Part shown: in pieces, positions 28,203-38,800 of the stretch | How the letters are laid out: the number at the start of each line of letters is the position of its first letter | How positions within the stretch are numbered: the stretch's first letter is position 1 | Source: Nitrospinaceae bacterium | GTDB lineage: Bacteria; Nitrospinota; Nitrospinia; Nitrospinales; VA-1 | Assembly: GCA_046754465.1 (NCBI GenBank) | Contig: JBHHVU010000018.1 | Coordinates: forward strand, 1 to 48,823 | Reading direction: 5' to 3' | DNA length: 48,823 bases | Notes under the pieces: generated by a model | Told to the model about the DNA's origin: nothing | Database searches by the model: none | Seen by the model: only the letters and a program-made list of their open reading frames with translations | Position numbers and translations under genes: made by a program

Positions 28203-29456
28203 TCAGCGGACCCGTCGAATCCGGGCTCCCAGCCGGGATAACTTCCCTTCCATGGTTTCGTACCCTCGATCGATATGGTAGACGCGGGAGAGGACGGATT
28301 CCCCCCGCGCCGCCAGTGCCGCCAGAATCAGGGAGGCACTGGCCCTCAAATCGGTCGCCATTAAAGGAGCGCCGCTCAGCCGGTCTACCCCCCGGACGAT
28401 GGCGGAATGTCCGTCCACCCGGATGTCCGCCCCCATCCGGTTGAGTTCCGCGGCGTGCATGAATCGGTTCTCGAAAACATTTTCGCGAATGATGCTCTGT
28501 CCCCGGGCGAGAGTCATCAAGGCCATGATTTGGGCTTGCAGATCCGTGGGGAACCCGGGATAAGGTTGAGTCTGAATATCGACGGCCACCAAAGAATGGT
28601 GTGCCTGAACCTTGATGCAGGTCCCGTCCGCTTTCACCGTCACTCCCGCCTGCCGCAGTTTATGGATCAGGGGTTCAATGTGCGAAGGAACGCAGTTGTT
28701 GATGTGCACCTCACCCCCCGTGATGGCGGCGGCGATCATGTATGTTCCCGTTTCGATCCGGTCGGGGAAAATCGTGCAATCGATCGGTTTGAGGGCCGCG
28801 GTTCCCTCGATGGTGATCATATCCGTTCCCTGGCCCTCGATTTTCGCCCCGGTCCGGTTCAAGACATCCGCGAGGAAAACGATCTCAGGTTCCCGGGCCG
28901 CGTTTTCGAGAAAGGTTTTCCCTTCCGCCAGCACGCCGGCCATCATCAGGTGGGCGGTTCCCGTGACCGTGACGGTGTCGAAATAAATGTGGTCGCCGCG
29001 GAATCCTTCCGAGGTGCCGTGGATGTAACCCTTCTCGAGATTTATCCTTCCTCCCAGGGCTTGCAGTCCCTTGATATGCATGTCGATCGGCCGGGCGCCG
29101 ATGGCGCATCCGCCGGGCAGGGATACTTTTGCCCGGCCCAATCGGGCCATAAGAGGACCCAGGACGAGACAGGAGGCGCGCATGGTGGATACGAGTTCGT
29201 AAGGCGCCTCGGGGTTGTTGACGCCGGAGGTGTCGATGACGATCCGGTCTCCCTCGAAACAATCGATCCGGGCGCCCAGGTCGCTCAGCAGGCGGACCAT
29301 GGTGATGACGTCGCGGACACGGGGAACCCCCCGGATCTCGTTGGCCCCGCGGGTCAGCAGTGTCGCGGCAAGGACCGGCAACACCGCGTTTTTTGCCCCG
29401 CTGATGGTGACCTCGCCCTCTAGCTGCCGACCTCCCTCGACAATGATCTTATCCAT
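28203..29456 (-). CDS. murA: UDP-GlcNAc 1-carboxyvinyltransferase
   Basis: SGAKNA, MRAS, LPGGCAIGARP (catalytic Cys), PGFPTD, FENRF, DLRA. True start MDKII at 29456. Confidence 0.97.
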   Translation of the reverse strand: MDKIIVEGGRQLEGEVTISGAKNAVLPVLAATLLTRGANEIRGVPRVRDVITMVRLLSDLGARIDCFEGDRIVIDTSGVNNPEAPYELVSTMRASCLVLGPLMARLGRAKVSLPGGCAIGARPIDMHIKGLQALGGRINLEKGYIHGTSEGFRGDHIYFDTVTVTGTAHLMMAGVLAEGKTFLENAAREPEIVFLADVLNRTGAKIEGQGTDMITIEGTAALKPIDCTIFPDRIETGTYMIAAAITGGEVHINNCVPSHIEPLIHKLRQAGVTVKADGTCIKVQAHHSLVAVDIQTQPYPGFPTDLQAQIMALMTLARGQSIIRENVFENRFMHAAELNRMGADIRVDGHSAIVRGVDRLSGAPLMATDLRASASLILAALAARGESVLSRVYHIDRGYETMEGKLSRLGARIRRVR

Positions 29457-30330
29457 GACCCCGCTTTCTTGCCGAGACGACGCGGTCCCGGCCGCTGTAA
29501 TCCTTGATGATGACGGGGGAGCCATATCCCCCATGCGGCCGGATCAGGTCCGACACCGCCTGGGCTTGGTCCTCTCCGGTTTCCAGGAAAAGGGCGCCCC
29601 CCTCGGCCAAGTGTTCCCCGGCGCCTGGGATGATTCGCTTGAAGAAGTGCAATCCTCCGGCTCCGCCGTCCAGTGCCGGACGCGGTTCAAAATCCTTGAT
29701 GTCCGCGGCCAAACTTTCCAGTTTCACGGTATCGATGTACGGGGGATTGGAAAGGATCGCATGGAAAGGGCCCTCCGGTGCGCCCGCCAGCATATCTCCC
29801 CGGACCAGGCGAATTCTTTCGGCAACTCCATGGCGGACGGCGTTTTCCCGGGCGACCGCGAGGGCCGCCGGTGATATATCCACGGCGGTCACCCGGCATT
29901 GGGGGATTTCCCTGGCCACCGCCACGGCGATGTTACCGCAGCCGGTACCGATATCGAGGAATTGAAGGGGACCCTCCCACGGGGAGGCATGAATCCATTG
30001 CAGGAAAGCTTCGATGAGGATTTCCGTTTCCCAGCGCGGCACCAGGACATCGGGCGACACCCGAAACTCCAGCCCCCAAAATTCTTTCCGCCCCAGGATA
30101 TACGAGACGGGTTCCCGGCGGGTTCGGCGTTCGACGAATTTTCTCGACGCGGTGAGTTCCCGGTCATTCAGCGCATGGTCCGGGTCCCGGTGCAAGTCTT
30201 CCCGTTGCAGGTTCATGGCTTCCGCCAGAAGAATCTCCGACTCCAGCCGGGGGGAATAGACGCCCGCCCGGGCCAATTGCCCGGCGGACCAGTTCAAAAA
30301 TTTTTTTGCCGTCCAGTTCATATCTGTCAA
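29449..30330 (-). CDS. prmC: Release-factor glutamine methyltransferase
   Basis: RR..REP..YI.G, VLVPR.ETE, DIGTG.G, SNPPY. Downstream of prfA. Confidence 0.95.
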   Translation of the reverse strand: MTDMNWTAKKFLNWSAGQLARAGVYSPRLESEILLAEAMNLQREDLHRDPDHALNDRELTASRKFVERRTRREPVSYILGRKEFWGLEFRVSPDVLVPRWETEILIEAFLQWIHASPWEGPLQFLDIGTGCGNIAVAVAREIPQCRVTAVDISPAALAVARENAVRHGVAERIRLVRGDMLAGAPEGPFHAILSNPPYIDTVKLESLAADIKDFEPRPALDGGAGGLHFFKRIIPGAGEHLAEGGALFLETGEDQAQAVSDLIRPHGGYGSPVIIKDYSGRDRVVSARKRGHG

Positions 30331-30404
30331 AGCATTGTCCGTGGAACCTTCCTTGGGGCCCGTAACATCCTGAACCCTTCAGGGCCGCGGTTTCACGTTC
30401 CGCG

Positions 30405-31511
30405 TCAGGCCGTTACTTTTTCAACCGGGGATGGGGTGTCTCCGCCATCCGTTTCCTGGAGCGACTCTTTCTGGAAATGGAGGATCAGCGCGTCGATAAT
30501 CTCATCCATGTTGCCCTCAAGGACCTGTGAAAGTTTGTGAAGGGTCAGCCCCAAACGATGATCGGTGACCCGCTCTTGAGGAAAGTTGTAGGTCCGTATC
30601 CGTTCACTGCGGTCGCCGGATCCCACTTGTTGTTTTCTGGTGCGGGCCAGTTCTTCCTGCCGTTTTCTGTGCTCTTCGTCATAAAGCCGGGCGCGGAGGA
30701 CCTTCATGGCTTTTTCTTTATTCTTGTATTGGGACTTTTCATCCTGACACGTGACGACCAATCCGGTCGGAACGTGGGTGAGGCGGACGGCCGAATCGGT
30801 CGTGTTCACGCTCTGGCCCCCCGGTCCCGAGGAGCGGTATACGTCGATCTTGAGATCCGCCGGATTGATCTTCACATCGACTTCCTCCACCTCCGGCAAA
30901 ATCGCGACGGTGACGGCCGAGGTATGAATCCGCCCCTGCGTTTCCGTCTCGGGGACTCTTTGGACCCGGTGGGTGCCGCTTTCATATTTTAATCTGCTGA
31001 AAACGGCCTTGCCGCGGATGCCGACGATGATCTCCTTGAATCCGCCTTTTCCCGTGACGTTGCTGCTGAGGATTTCGGTTTGCCATTTGTGGGATTCGGC
31101 GTAGCGGGAGTACATTCGGAACAGGTCGGCGGAAAACAGGGCGGCTTCCTCCCCGCCAGTCCCGGCGCGGATTTCCATGATGACATTTTTTTCGTCCCTC
31201 GGATCCCTGGGGAGTAGCAACATCTTCAACCGTTCCTCGCGGGCGGCCTTCTGTTCTTCCAAACTCGCCAATTCTTCCCGGGCCAGGGTCACCAGTTCCG
31301 GATCTTTTTCTTCTGCGGCGATTTTTTCATTTTCCCTCAATTGCCGGAGGATCTTTTGCAGCTCCCTGAATTCGGCCACCACGGGACCCAACTCGGACTG
31401 TTCCCGGGCGTACTTCTGGTATTCGGTTTGCCGGGAGATGATCTTCGGATCGCTGAGCAAATCGTTTAGGGTGTTATAGCGCTGTTCGATGCTTTCAAGC
31501 TTTTTAAACAT
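30405..31511 (-). CDS. prfA: Peptide chain release factor 1
   Basis: [19 protein letters not shown] (PxT), [17 protein letters not shown]. Confidence 0.97.
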   Translation of the reverse strand: MFKKLESIEQRYNTLNDLLSDPKIISRQTEYQKYAREQSELGPVVAEFRELQKILRQLRENEKIAAEEKDPELVTLAREELASLEEQKAAREERLKMLLLPRDPRDEKNVIMEIRAGTGGEEAALFSADLFRMYSRYAESHKWQTEILSSNVTGKGGFKEIIVGIRGKAVFSRLKYESGTHRVQRVPETETQGRIHTSAVTVAILPEVEEVDVKINPADLKIDVYRSSGPGGQSVNTTDSAVRLTHVPTGLVVTCQDEKSQYKNKEKAMKVLRARLYDEEHRKRQEELARTRKQQVGSGDRSERIRTYNFPQERVTDHRLGLTLHKLSQVLEGNMDEIIDALILHFQKESLQETDGGDTPSPVEKVTA

Positions 31512-31605
31512 GAGTTTTTCCAGGGGAGCCGTCGGGAAGGTTAAAAGGATATTTCATCCCGGATGAGGGAAGAAATTCGCGGGCGTTGCGGAATGGGGGA
31601 TGAAA

Positions 31606-31842
31606 CTACTGGGGTGCGGCGGGTTCCTGGCTGGTTTTCGGCTTGGCCTTGCCGTATTTGCGGTGGAATTTTTCGATGCGGCCCGCGGTATCGACCAGTT
31701 TCTGTTTGCCGGTATAAAAAGGATGGCATTTGGAACAGATTTCGATATGCAGGTTTTTCACCGTGGCGCGGGTCTGGATCTCATTTCCACACGCGCACCG
31801 GACGGATATCTCAAAATAATCGGGATGAATCTTCGCTTTCAT
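31606..31842 (-). CDS. rpmE: 50S ribosomal protein L31 (Zn-binding form)
   Basis: [26 protein letters not shown]. Confidence 0.96.
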   Translation of the reverse strand: MKAKIHPDYFEISVRCACGNEIQTRATVKNLHIEICSKCHPFYTGKQKLVDTAGRIEKFHRKYGKAKPKTSQEPAAPQ

Positions 31843-31859
31843 TAGCCTGTCGCCCTCGA

Positions 31860-33110
31860 TCAGGAATTCATGGTCGCCAGAAACTCGGCATTGGTTTTCG
31901 CTTCCTTAATCTTCTGTAAGAGAAGGTCCATGGTATCATGAATCCCCATGGGGAGTAAAACTTTTCTCAGCAGCCAGACCCGCTGGAGGTCTTCCGAAGG
32001 CAGCAGTAACTCTTCTTTCCGGGTTCCGGACCGGTTGATGTCGATGGCGGGGAAGGTCCGCTTGTCGGCCAGTTTGCGGTCCAGAACGATTTCGAGATTG
32101 CCGGTTCCCTTGAATTCCTCGAAAATGACGTCGTCCATCCGGCTGCCGGTATCGATGAGAGCCGTGGCGATGATCGTCAGACTGCCGCCTTCTTCCAGGT
32201 TACGGGCCGCGCCGAAAAATCGCTTGGGACGCTGCAGGGCATTGGAGTCCACGCCGCCGGAAAGCACCTTCCCGCTCGGCGGGACGATGGCATTGTAGGC
32301 CCGGGCCAGGCGGGTGATGCTGTCGAGAAGGATCACCACGTCCTTTTTGTGCTCCACCAGCCGTTTGGCTTTCTCGATGACCATTTCGGCGACCTGAACG
32401 TGCCGCTGGGCCGGTTCGTCGAAGGTGGAGCTGATGACCTCGCCCTTGACGGATCGTTCCATGTCGGTCACCTCTTCCGGCCGCTCGTCGATGAGCAGCA
32501 CGATGAGGACCACTTCCGGATAGTTGGTGCTGATGCTGTTGGCGATCGACTGCAGAAGCATGGTCTTCCCGGTCCGGGGCGGCGCCACGATCAACCCCCG
32601 CTGGCCCTTGCCGATCGGGGTCATCAGATCCATGATCCGCGCGCTGTAGTCGGTCCCGTTCGGTGTCTCCAGCCGAAGCCGCTGGTCGGGGTATAACGGC
32701 GTCAGGTTGTCAAACAGAATTTTGTCCTTGGTTTTGTCCGGATTCTCAAAGTTGATGGCCTCCACTTTCAACAGGGCGAAATAGCGTTCGCTGTCTTTCG
32801 GAGGCCGGATTTGCCCGGAAATGGTGTCGCCCGTCCGCATGTCGAATTTGCGGATCTGCGAGGGCGATACATAAATGTCATCCGGACCGGGCAGGTAATT
32901 GTAGGTCGGCGCCCGGAGAAAACCAAAACCATCGGGAAGGATCTCCAATACCCCCTGGCCAAACATCAGACCGTCTTTTTCCGTGCGGGCCTCAAGGATC
33001 TTGAAGATCAGATCCTGCTTTCTCAGCCCGCTGTGGCCCTGGATTTTAAGCTCTTTGGCTATGTTGGTGAGTTCGGAAATGGTTTTGGACTTCAGTTCTT
33101 CGATATTCAT
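31860..33110 (-). CDS. rho: Transcription termination factor Rho
   Basis: [54 protein letters not shown]. Confidence 0.98.
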   Translation of the reverse strand: MNIEELKSKTISELTNIAKELKIQGHSGLRKQDLIFKILEARTEKDGLMFGQGVLEILPDGFGFLRAPTYNYLPGPDDIYVSPSQIRKFDMRTGDTISGQIRPPKDSERYFALLKVEAINFENPDKTKDKILFDNLTPLYPDQRLRLETPNGTDYSARIMDLMTPIGKGQRGLIVAPPRTGKTMLLQSIANSISTNYPEVVLIVLLIDERPEEVTDMERSVKGEVISSTFDEPAQRHVQVAEMVIEKAKRLVEHKKDVVILLDSITRLARAYNAIVPPSGKVLSGGVDSNALQRPKRFFGAARNLEEGGSLTIIATALIDTGSRMDDVIFEEFKGTGNLEIVLDRKLADKRTFPAIDINRSGTRKEELLLPSEDLQRVWLLRKVLLPMGIHDTMDLLLQKIKEAKTNAEFLATMNS

Positions 33111-33337
33111 TTGTCGTGGTTTCTTTGATGTGGAAGTTTTGGTTGGATTTTGAATTGTTCGGGACCGTGTTTGGGACTAAAGATTGATCGATAGGATTGG
33201 GGGCGGAAAAGGGGTCCTTTGAACTTTCTTTAAGGTTTATTCCAAATGGATATGTTTATCTCAGAAGTGTGGAAAATTAAGCTGGATTGTCTGATTGGAT
33301 TCTGGGGTTTTTTGGGAGCTTATGGAGATCTAACTGT

Positions 33338-33366
33338 AGAGTAGCCAGTAAAATTCTTTTTGTCAA
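33338..33366 (-). promoter_or_regulatory. sigma70 promoter of the rho operon
   Basis: Minus strand TTGACA-N17-TACTCT, giving a C-rich, G-poor leader of about 220 nt. Confidence 0.6.
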
Positions 33367-33501
33367 CTTTTTTTCCTCTCTGCTTTTATCCGGTCCTGGT
33401 TGGCGGACGGCGGTTTTCCCCGCTGTTCTTCATCCTCGAACCGTTTCCACTTCGCCGGTCCACGTTTCCCGGAAAGTCGATGCCAAAATTTCCCCCAGGG
33501 C

Positions 33502-33591
33502 TTGACGGGTCTTTCCCCACGCCGTAATATAATGATATCCGGTAGTTTTGAGGTGGTTTTTTTTTGACCCTAGTTTTCGCTTTTTATTCGC
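33502..33591 (+). promoter_or_regulatory. dnaE2 promoter with a direct-repeat operator candidate
   Basis: TTGACG-N17-TAATAT at 33502-33530, and TTCGC-N6-TTCGC at 33576-33591 just before ATG 33594. Confidence 0.5.
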
Positions 33592-33593
33592 CT

Positions 33594-36500
33594 ATGTTTG
33601 TCCACATGAATTGCCACAGCCACTATTCGCTGCTTGCGGGCGCGGACGGGATCGATGCCCTGGTCCAGGCGGCCGCGGCGATGGGGTGCCCGGCCCTCGC
33701 GCTGACGGACACCAACGCGCTCTACGGCGCGGTGGCGTTTTACAGGTCGGCCCGGAGCGCCGGGATTCGCCCGGTGTTCGGGGTGGAGATCGATCAGCCC
33801 GGAGCGCCGCTTTCCGCCGCCGGCGTGGCGGGGGGAGCGCGGGCGGTGCTTTTGGCGAAGGATCTGGAAGGGTTCGGTGAAATCTGCCGCGTTGTCACCG
33901 ACCGGCACCTGCGGCCGGATTTTTCCCTGACGCAATGTCTGAAACGCTGCGGCCGCGGCGTCATCGTTCTTTGCGCGGATACGGAGGTTCTGCGGAGCGT
34001 CGTCCGCGCCCGGGGCGGCGGGGATATCTATGTTGAACTGACGCGGTTTCCCTCGGCCGGCGGGACCCGTGCTTTCCGCGCGCTCCTGGATTTCGCGCGC
34101 CGCGGCCGCTTGCCCGTAGCGGCGACGAACCGGGTGTTCTTTGTTCTCGAGGGCGACTGGCGGGTGCATCGCCTGCTTGCGGCCATCCGCACCAACACCA
34201 CGGCCGGCACCCTGCCTCCGGGCGCCGCCGTCCCCCGGGACTGCTGGATGAAGCCGCCCCGCGAGATGGCCCGGCTGTTTCGCGGCGTGCCGGACGCGAT
34301 TCGCAACACCCTCAGGATCGCTGAACAGTGCGAGGTGGAGTTGCCCATCGGCGAGGTTCTATTTCCGCCCTTCGATCTGCCTCCCGGCGAGACGCCTTCT
34401 TCGTATTTGGCGAAACTGGCGCACACCGGGGTGAAAAAACTCTACCACGATCCTTCCACCGAGGTGATGCGGCGTCTGCGCCATGAACTGCGGGTGATCG
34501 ACGGTCTGGCATTCGCTCCTTATTTCCTGATCGTCTGGGACATCGTGCGCGAGGCGAGGGCGCGGGGGATTCTTACCGTAGGCCGGGGCTCCGCCGCCAA
34601 TAGCCTGGTGTGCCGGGCGCTGGGAATCACGGAGGTGGACCCGATCCGGCACAACCTGTATTTCGAACGGTTCCTGAATCCGGAACGCACGGACTACCCG
34701 GACATCGACATCGATTTTCCCTGGAACCGGCGGGACGAGATGCTTGGCTACGTCTTCGAAAAATACGGACGCGACCGCGTCGCGCTGATCTCTACCCACG
34801 TGCATTTCCGCGGCCGCTCGGTCTTGCGCGAGGTGGGGAAGGCCCTCGGCATTCCCATCCCAGAGATCGACGCCTTCACGAAGCGGCTGCCTCACTTCGC
34901 CGGGGTGTCCCGGCTCGAGGAAGCGCGGCAAACGATTCCCGAATGCCGGGATCTGCCCCTGGAGGACGAGCCCTACAAAACCATGATCGCCCTGGGACAA
35001 AGGATCGAAGGGTTCCCGCGCCATCTGTCGATTCACTGCGGGGGGATCGTGGTCTGCCCGTTTCCCATCACCAACCGGATCCCGCTCCAGAAAACGCCCA
35101 AGGGATTCGTGGTCACCCAGTACGACATGTATCCGGTCGAGGACATGGGGCTGCTGAAGATCGACCTGCTGGCGCAGAAGGGCCTCGCCGTTCTGGCGGA
35201 TACGGTCCGCGATGCCGAGGCGCATTACGGGGTTCGCATCGATTTCAACCGTATCGACCCGGTGCGGGATACGAAGACCCGCGGCCTCATCCGGGAAGGC
35301 AAGACCATCGGCTGCTTTTATATCGAGTCACCGGGAATGCGGAACCTGCTCAAAAAACTGCGGGTGGACGGGTTCGAGATGCTGACCGCCGCCAGTTCGA
35401 TCATCCGTCCCGGCGTCGCTGACAGCGGCATGATGAAATCCTTCATCGACCGCCACAACGGCAGGGAAAAGGTCCGCTCCCCGCATCCGAGGATGGACGC
35501 GATTCTCAAGGACACGTTCGGCGTCATGATCTACCAGGAAGACGTGATCAAGGTGGCCCACGCCATCGCCGGGATGAGCCTGGGCGAAGCGGACAACCTG
35601 AGAAAATGCATGAGCAAGAAGAGGGATTGGGAAGACATGGAAAACCACCGCGGCCGGTTTTTGTCCGGCGCGCTCGGGAACGGTGTTTCGCGGGAGGCGG
35701 CGGAAGAGATCTGGCGGCAGATCGAAAGTTTCGCGGGCTACGCGTTCTGCAAGGCCCACAGCGCTTCCTTCGCGGTGGTTTCCTACCAGACCGCCTACCT
35801 CAAGGCGCATTACCCCGCGGAGTTCATGGCCGCGGTGTTGTCCAACGAAGGCGGGTTCTATGACGCCTGCGCCTACGTGGAAGAGGCACGGCGCATGGGG
35901 CTGGCGATCCTCCCGCCGCACGTCAACCACAGCGCGTCCGGGTTCACGGCGGTCTGGCGGGAAGAGACGGGTCGGCGGCCCGACGCGGGAACGCCGGGCC
36001 GATGCCGTCCGGCGCGGAAAATCCGGTGCGACGGCATCCGCGTCGGGCTTTCCCAGGTGAAAGGGCTGACCCATGGCGCCATTCGTTCCATCCTGGAACG
36101 GCGGAAAGACGGACCGTATGTCTCGCTGGACAATTTTTTGTCGCGGTTGGTGATCAGCGATCATGAGACCGAGTCATTGATCCGCTGCGGCGCGTTCGAC
36201 GGACTGGGCAGGTCGCGTCCCAACCTGCTGTGGCAGTTGATCGGTGCATCGCCGGGGAGAAACGGACCCCGGCGGCAAGGGCGATTGGGCGACGCTCACG
36301 CAGCCGCGGGTTCGATGTTTCCAGCGTCCTGCTCCGGCGTGCGGGTCCCAATCTTGCCCGAGTACAGTTTGCGGGAAAAGCTGCTGGCGGAACTGGAGTG
36401 CCTCGACCTGACGGTCTCCGCTCACCTGCTGGCGCTTTACGGCGCCGGAAACGCGGGTGGGTCGCCTATCCCGGCGCGGGAGATCGAAAGGTTCGACGGA

Positions 36501-36749
36501 CGCGTGGTCACGCTCGTGGGGTGGCTCGTCAATTCCAAGCGCACGCGCACGGTCAAAAACGAGTTCATGAAGTTCCTGATGCTGGAAGACGCCACCGAGA
36601 CTTTCGAGGTCACCTTGTTTCCGAAAGTGTACCGGCGGTTCGGGCCGCTGTTGTATGACCGGGGACCTTACATCGTCAAGGGCCGGGTGGAGCGGGACGG
36701 CGGTTGCCGAACCGTTACCGCCCTCTGGCTGGGCCGGCTGGCGGGATGA
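33594..36749 (+). CDS. dnaE2: Accessory DNA polymerase III alpha, DnaE2-type, lacking the SRDF tail
   Basis: PHP domain (H..CHSHYS, TD), GRGSAANS, FERFLN, PDIDIDF, HLSIHCGG, LLKIDLL, GYAFCKAHS. The protein ends right after the OB fold with no tau-binding CTD. Start re-assigned to MFVH. Confidence 0.85.
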   Translation: MFVHMNCHSHYSLLAGADGIDALVQAAAAMGCPALALTDTNALYGAVAFYRSARSAGIRPVFGVEIDQPGAPLSAAGVAGGARAVLLAKDLEGFGEICRVVTDRHLRPDFSLTQCLKRCGRGVIVLCADTEVLRSVVRARGGGDIYVELTRFPSAGGTRAFRALLDFARRGRLPVAATNRVFFVLEGDWRVHRLLAAIRTNTTAGTLPPGAAVPRDCWMKPPREMARLFRGVPDAIRNTLRIAEQCEVELPIGEVLFPPFDLPPGETPSSYLAKLAHTGVKKLYHDPSTEVMRRLRHELRVIDGLAFAPYFLIVWDIVREARARGILTVGRGSAANSLVCRALGITEVDPIRHNLYFERFLNPERTDYPDIDIDFPWNRRDEMLGYVFEKYGRDRVALISTHVHFRGRSVLREVGKALGIPIPEIDAFTKRLPHFAGVSRLEEARQTIPECRDLPLEDEPYKTMIALGQRIEGFPRHLSIHCGGIVVCPFPITNRIPLQKTPKGFVVTQYDMYPVEDMGLLKIDLLAQKGLAVLADTVRDAEAHYGVRIDFNRIDPVRDTKTRGLIREGKTIGCFYIESPGMRNLLKKLRVDGFEMLTAASSIIRPGVADSGMMKSFIDRHNGREKVRSPHPRMDAILKDTFGVMIYQEDVIKVAHAIAGMSLGEADNLRKCMSKKRDWEDMENHRGRFLSGALGNGVSREAAEEIWRQIESFAGYAFCKAHSASFAVVSYQTAYLKAHYPAEFMAAVLSNEGGFYDACAYVEEARRMGLAILPPHVNHSASGFTAVWREETGRRPDAGTPGRCRPARKIRCDGIRVGLSQVKGLTHGAIRSILERRKDGPYVSLDNFLSRLVISDHETESLIRCGAFDGLGRSRPNLLWQLIGASPGRNGPRRQGRLGDAHAAAGSMFPASCSGVRVPILPEYSLREKLLAELECLDLTVSAHLLALYGAGNAGGSPIPAREIERFDGRVVTLVGWLVNSKRTRTVKNEFMKFLMLEDATETFEVTLFPKVYRRFGPLLYDRGPYIVKGRVERDGGCRTVTALWLGRLAG

Positions 36750-36830
36750 ATCTTGAGTTCGCCAAGCCGAAAAAAAAGTATCTGCGATCCGTTAGGCGAA
36801 TTTTGATTTCAAAAGGGAACTCAAAAATAA

Positions 36831-36860
36831 ATATCAAAAAGATATCAAAATTTGATATCA
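36831..36860. promoter_or_regulatory. Probable TA autoregulatory operator
   Basis: GATATCAAA-A-TTTGATATC perfect inverted repeat (36841-36859) plus a tandem ATATCAAAA copy upstream. Confidence 0.6.
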
Positions 36861-36912
36861 TGATTTGATTGCACGGAGTCGATCATTTGTCAAACTTTCC
36901 TGGAAAGAGACG

Positions 36913-37281
36913 ATGACCAAGAAAAAGAAGACAAAGAGAACAGACAACCCAAAGAGCATCGAACCCAGCACCCGCCAGGATACGGGGTCCCTGATGGTAT
37001 TACAGGAAAAGGGCAAGGGAACTAAAAGCATGACGGTCCGTAAAATCGATCCTGCCCTGGCGAGCCGTTTGAAACAGATGGCCGAAAAAGAAGGCAAAAG
37101 CGTGAATCAGTTTGTTATCGAAACGCTGGAACAGGGGGTGGGAATGAAAAAGCAAAAAAGGTTTACCCAAAAACACCACGACCTGGATCACCTGTTCGGA
37201 AGGTGGTCTGAAAAGGAATACCGGCGGATTCAAAGCCAAATCGACGGACAGAGAAAGATTGATCGGGAACTCTGGAAATGA
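36913..37281 (+). CDS. RHH (FitA/VapB-like) antitoxin. The start is uncertain (36913 or 37030).
   Basis: MTVRKIDPALASRLKQMAEKEGKSVNQFVIETL ribbon-helix-helix, C-terminal HDLDHLFGRW...IDRELWK, ATGA overlap with the PIN gene. Confidence 0.8.
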   Translation: MTKKKKTKRTDNPKSIEPSTRQDTGSLMVLQEKGKGTKSMTVRKIDPALASRLKQMAEKEGKSVNQFVIETLEQGVGMKKQKRFTQKHHDLDHLFGRWSEKEYRRIQSQIDGQRKIDRELWK

Positions 37282-37667
37282 AAGATTTGTTGATCGACAC
37301 GGGCATCTATACCCGTGCTCTTAAAGGCGACCGCGAAGTGGTTTCTGTCCTGCAAAGCGCATCCCAAATCGGAATGACTTCCATAAGTATCGGTGAACTT
37401 CTGATGGGATTCAGAGGAGAAAAACGGGAAAAACAAAAAAGGGAGGAATTGGAAACCTTTTTAGATTCTCCAAGAACATTTGTCTGTGTGGTCGATGAGA
37501 ATACGGCGGAATATTATGCGGAGATCTGGACGGGATTAAAAAAGGCGAGGACTTCGATTTCAACCAATGATTTGTGGATCGCGGCGCTGGCATTCCAACA
37601 CGGCCTGAAATTGTTCACCCAGGATGGTCATTTTAAAAAAATCGCTGGGTTATTGCTGGTTTCTTAA
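37278..37667 (+). CDS. vapC: VapC-family PIN-domain toxin
   Basis: LIDT, GEL..G, NDLWIAA.A, T.D.HF acidic tetrad pattern. Confidence 0.9.
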   Translation: MKDLLIDTGIYTRALKGDREVVSVLQSASQIGMTSISIGELLMGFRGEKREKQKREELETFLDSPRTFVCVVDENTAEYYAEIWTGLKKARTSISTNDLWIAALAFQHGLKLFTQDGHFKKIAGLLLVS

Positions 37668-37819
37668 CGGGAAAAGAATCCAGAAAAGAATCTTCTCGGC
37701 AGGATATCCCGGGAAATTTCAGATTCCGAGGGAATTTTCGAGACCAAAGTTGGGGTTGCCGTGACGAGGGAATGGCGCTATGGTTTTGGAAAGAACCATC
37801 CATTTCATTCCAGAAAACC

Positions 37820-38800
37820 ATGTCCAGAAATTCCGAACCATTTGTGATCCGTTCAGGGGATTTCGAACCGGCGTACATGAAGCTTCACCGGACGGGTGAG
37901 TTGTGGCGCAGGTCGCGGGAAGCCGTGCGGCGGCTGTCGCACTGCAAGGTGTGCCCCCGCGATTGCGGGGTGGACCGCCTCGCCGGTGAAACGGCGGTTT
38001 GCAAAACCGGCCGGCACGCCATCGTGTCGAACTACTTCGCCCATTTCGGCGAGGAGGACTGTCTAAGGGGATGTAACGGCAGCGGCACAATTTTCTTTTC
38101 CATGTGCAATCTCAAGTGCGTATTCTGTCAAAATTACGATATCAGCCAGGCGGGGGAGGGCAGCGAGACCGGACCGGAAAACCTGGCCATGATGATGATC
38201 GATCTGCAAAACCGGGGATGCCACAACATCAATTTCGTGACGCCGGAACATGTCGTGCCGCAGATTCTGGAAGCGCTACCCCTGGCCGTGCAACTGGGGT
38301 TGAGCATCCCCCTGGTTTACAATACCGGCGCCTATGATTCCCTCGACAGCCTGCATTTGATGGAGGGGATCGTGGATATTTATATGCCCGATTTCAAGTA
38401 CTGGGACGGCGAACGGTCGCGCAAATACCTTAAGGCCAGGGATTATCCGCAAGCCGCCCGGGCGGTGATCCGGGAAATGCACCGTCAGGTGGGCGACCTG
38501 GTTTTCGATGAGCATGGCTTGGCGCGGCGGGGACTTTTGGTGCGTCACCTGGTCATGCCCGGTTCGCCGGACGCGGACCCCATCACCCGGTTCCTGGCAC
38601 GGGAGGTCTCTCCCCACACCTATATCAACCTCATGTCACAGTACTACCCGGCGGGGAAGGTGAGCGCGGAAAAGTATTCCGAGATCGCCCGCCGAATCAC
38701 CGGCGGGGAACTCGAAGCGGCGTTCCAGGCCGCCCGGCGCAACGGACTGTACCGGTTCGACATGCGCGAGTTCCGGTTTCAAAAGGCCCCGTTGCATTGA
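37820..38800 (+). CDS. PflX-like radical SAM protein
   Basis: CKVCPRDC.VDR...C, HFGEE, GSGTIFF, CNLKCVFCQN, HNINFVTP, YMPDFKY, VRHLVMP. Confidence 0.88.
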   Translation: MSRNSEPFVIRSGDFEPAYMKLHRTGELWRRSREAVRRLSHCKVCPRDCGVDRLAGETAVCKTGRHAIVSNYFAHFGEEDCLRGCNGSGTIFFSMCNLKCVFCQNYDISQAGEGSETGPENLAMMMIDLQNRGCHNINFVTPEHVVPQILEALPLAVQLGLSIPLVYNTGAYDSLDSLHLMEGIVDIYMPDFKYWDGERSRKYLKARDYPQAARAVIREMHRQVGDLVFDEHGLARRGLLVRHLVMPGSPDADPITRFLAREVSPHTYINLMSQYYPAGKVSAEKYSEIARRITGGELEAAFQAARRNGLYRFDMREFRFQKAPLH

